Positions 62,021-64,000 of a stretch of 64,000 nucleotides of DNA are shown in pieces. Position numbers and translations under genes: made by a program. Origin of the DNA: Dudresnaya verticillata (Eukaryota); contig OZ374557.1 of NCBI GenBank assembly GCA_977862235.1, forward strand, positions 2,170,001-2,234,000, given 5' to 3'. Each line of letters begins with the position of its first letter. The stretch's first letter is position 1. The notes below the pieces were generated by a model. That model had not been told where the DNA came from. It ran no database searches and was given only the letters and a program-made list of their open reading frames with translations.

Positions 62021-64000
62021 CTACCCAATCTTCTTCATGTTGCGCAAGTCCCACGAGAACAACAAGCCGTTTAGGCCCTTGAGATTGGCAGGAGGGTCCT
62101 CTACTCCCTTGAATATATACGGATACGAACTTAGCTCATACTCCGCCATGACCTTCAAACTGTACACGACCACAAGATGCTCCCCTGGTTTGGCAGATTC
62201 TGACAGATCGTGGCCGTGCAAGCGTTCATTCCAGTTCCCTCCTGGAGTCTTTTCCGGATGCAACACGGCCTCCCCCACTTCCTTATCATCTGCAAGAAGC
62301 GTGACTCTGTCTCCGGCCTTGGGCATTGCACAAGGTTCAGGTTTTTCCTTCTCCTGCACTTTTCATTCAGCTCCACACTTCCTACAACTATGTCTTCACT
62401 CCTGCCGTGCTTCTCGATACTCTCTTCGGGGTCATCCAATGCGTGCTCGGACGGTGTCGTCAGATGGGACATTTCAGGTCCCTTCCTCGTTACGGAATGG
62501 TTTGTTGGTTGAGCAGAATCTATTATGACAACACTACCTCTTGCTGCCTCACCGATACCATTCAGTTCGTGATGAGCACTTGATTCCAAACGTTTACGAC
62601 CTGTCTTCATTTCATATGCTTCCGTGGCAAGCCTACGTAAACGTTCAGCCCCCAGCTTGAATGTTTCGATCTGTGATTCGATTAGTGTACACCGACGATC
62701 TGTTCTGAGAGCTGCAATCCCAGTCGTCATGGTTCCGCTGTGCATATCCAGAACTGATACGCCCTCCGGACAGAATGTTGTCATTATCTCCACAAGTACT
62801 TCGGGAGACTTCTCTTCGACCAGAACTGGGGACTTGGTGCCTGGGCGTAGCAACTTGTGTTTCGGTGTTGGTAGAGAGGACATGCACGCGAATTTCCGCT
62901 TTTCTGGGGAGGGGATGCAGTGATACTCGCTCCTAAGGTCGAGCGAGAACCCTCCGCCATGCTGACCTGGGGCACGCGCCATGACGGCTATTTCCACACA
63001 GTTCTGGGGCATACCGCTCCCCCGATGTTCCTGCATGGTCTTGGGGTCTTTGGAGAATACGAATGGGTATGCCGGGCACATGAATTGTGCCTTCTTCAGA
63101 GCATCGTGGAATACACTGAAGTTCAGGAATGACGTGAAAACAAACAACCACCCCCTGCTACAAGTACGCGCCTCGAGATCTCAACTATCTTCTTAATGTC
63201 TTCCTCGCTGAGGTAATTATCGAATGACCTCCCCGACTTAGACTGCGATTTCGGTGTACCGTATGGTGGATCTGTGAGGATTAAATCGAATCGTTTGTCA
63301 CCTTCCTTCCTTACGGTACTGTTGTAGCTCTGCCATGTCATCTGAAAGCATGTCAGTTTCATTTCCGCAAGATAATCTATTGGAACAGAAAGCGATCCGT
63401 CCTCCACCGGCACAGCCTTAGTACCCATGTTGAGGCGAACGGACTGCTTTGATAACACAGTTGATATAGTGGGGTCTGTGGGACTCTTTTCCGGCACAGA
63501 ATGGTCTTTGGCTGCACATGCAGCTGTAGGGTCTGCGTTCTGCATGGGTGCCTGTCCAGATTCTGCTGGTTCGCGACCCTCTTCCCTTTTCGAATTGGTT
63601 GATGTTACTAAGTCTGAACCCTCTTCGTCGTTAGAGATTCCGGTAGCGTCCACCTGCGGTGACAACGTGCAGTCCAAATTCTGTTGACCGTCAGAATCTT
63701 TTGCTCCACATTCATTGGAACCCGGGCGGGTCATGATAGCGTCATCACGTCTGCCTTCTGTCGAATCCATCACAGTTTGCATATCTTTGTACTTCTGCAA
63801 CTTCACTGGGGCCTCTTCCGGACAACACTCTCTGTACATCTCAACTATTGTTTTCAACAGTGTACGGTCATTACCTCGATTCATGATGACCTCGACGTCC
63901 AGCTTCGTAGTGTATAACAGGTTTTCTCTTAATTTACTCATGCCTAACGGCCATTCTGTCCCCTCCCTCATTGCTTCAAATTTCCGACTCTCGGAAAGGG
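62021..64000 (-). CDS. Beta-class DNA amino-methyltransferase fusion, copy 3 (C-terminal ~660 aa; two 1-nt homopolymer frameshifts)
   Basis: RFDLILTDPPYG (motif IV), EEKSPEVLVEIMTTFCPEGVSVLDMHSGTMTTGIAALRTDRRCTLIE (motifs X/I/II), C-terminal domain 62021-62359; no in-frame stops once the frames are joined. Confidence 0.8.

Larger units (their letters stand above)
59864..64000. mobile_element. AACAC-terminus DNA element copy 3; runs off the right window edge
   Basis: aacactaatttcgcc... terminus with the conserved motif array; abrupt composition change; MTase cargo. Confidence 0.8.

Noticed and set aside
62021..64000. Bacterial restriction-modification locus or contaminant contig
   Set aside because: No restriction enzyme or operon context; the gene is inside a repeat nested among eukaryotic LTR elements and occurs three times

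Overview
Repeat-dense eukaryotic DNA. Near-intronless genes and nested Ty3/gypsy elements are consistent with a red-algal genome, which is an inference. The only convincing host gene is a glycosyltransferase family 90 (CAP10/KDELC-like) gene at about 50060-52043; an LRR-kinase relic lies at about 12600-13285. Most of the window is Ty3/gypsy retrotransposon. This includes one full-length chromovirus (34949-48887, GTTTG target-site duplication) and several truncated elements that share a TGGTCTCCCGACC primer-binding site. Three of them carry a long antisense ORF beside the 3' LTR. The most interesting system is a family of large DNA elements present in three diverged copies (from 2867, 17205-26949, from 59864). 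Their termini start AACAC and keep a 140-150 bp motif array at fixed spacing, and the complete copy has ~690 bp terminal inverted repeats. Each copy carries a gene with a beta-class DNA amino-methyltransferase domain (DPPY ... motif I). An N-terminal ParB-like domain is visible in copies 1-2, and the C-terminal domain resembles En/Spm (CACTA) TnpA-type domains. The copies share further unknown cargo ORFs, and a Sola/DUF7869-like transposase relic lies next to copy 1. Several frameshifts are single-base homopolymer deletions, so the copy-3 methyltransferase and the GT90 gene may be intact. All identities and boundaries were judged by eye.
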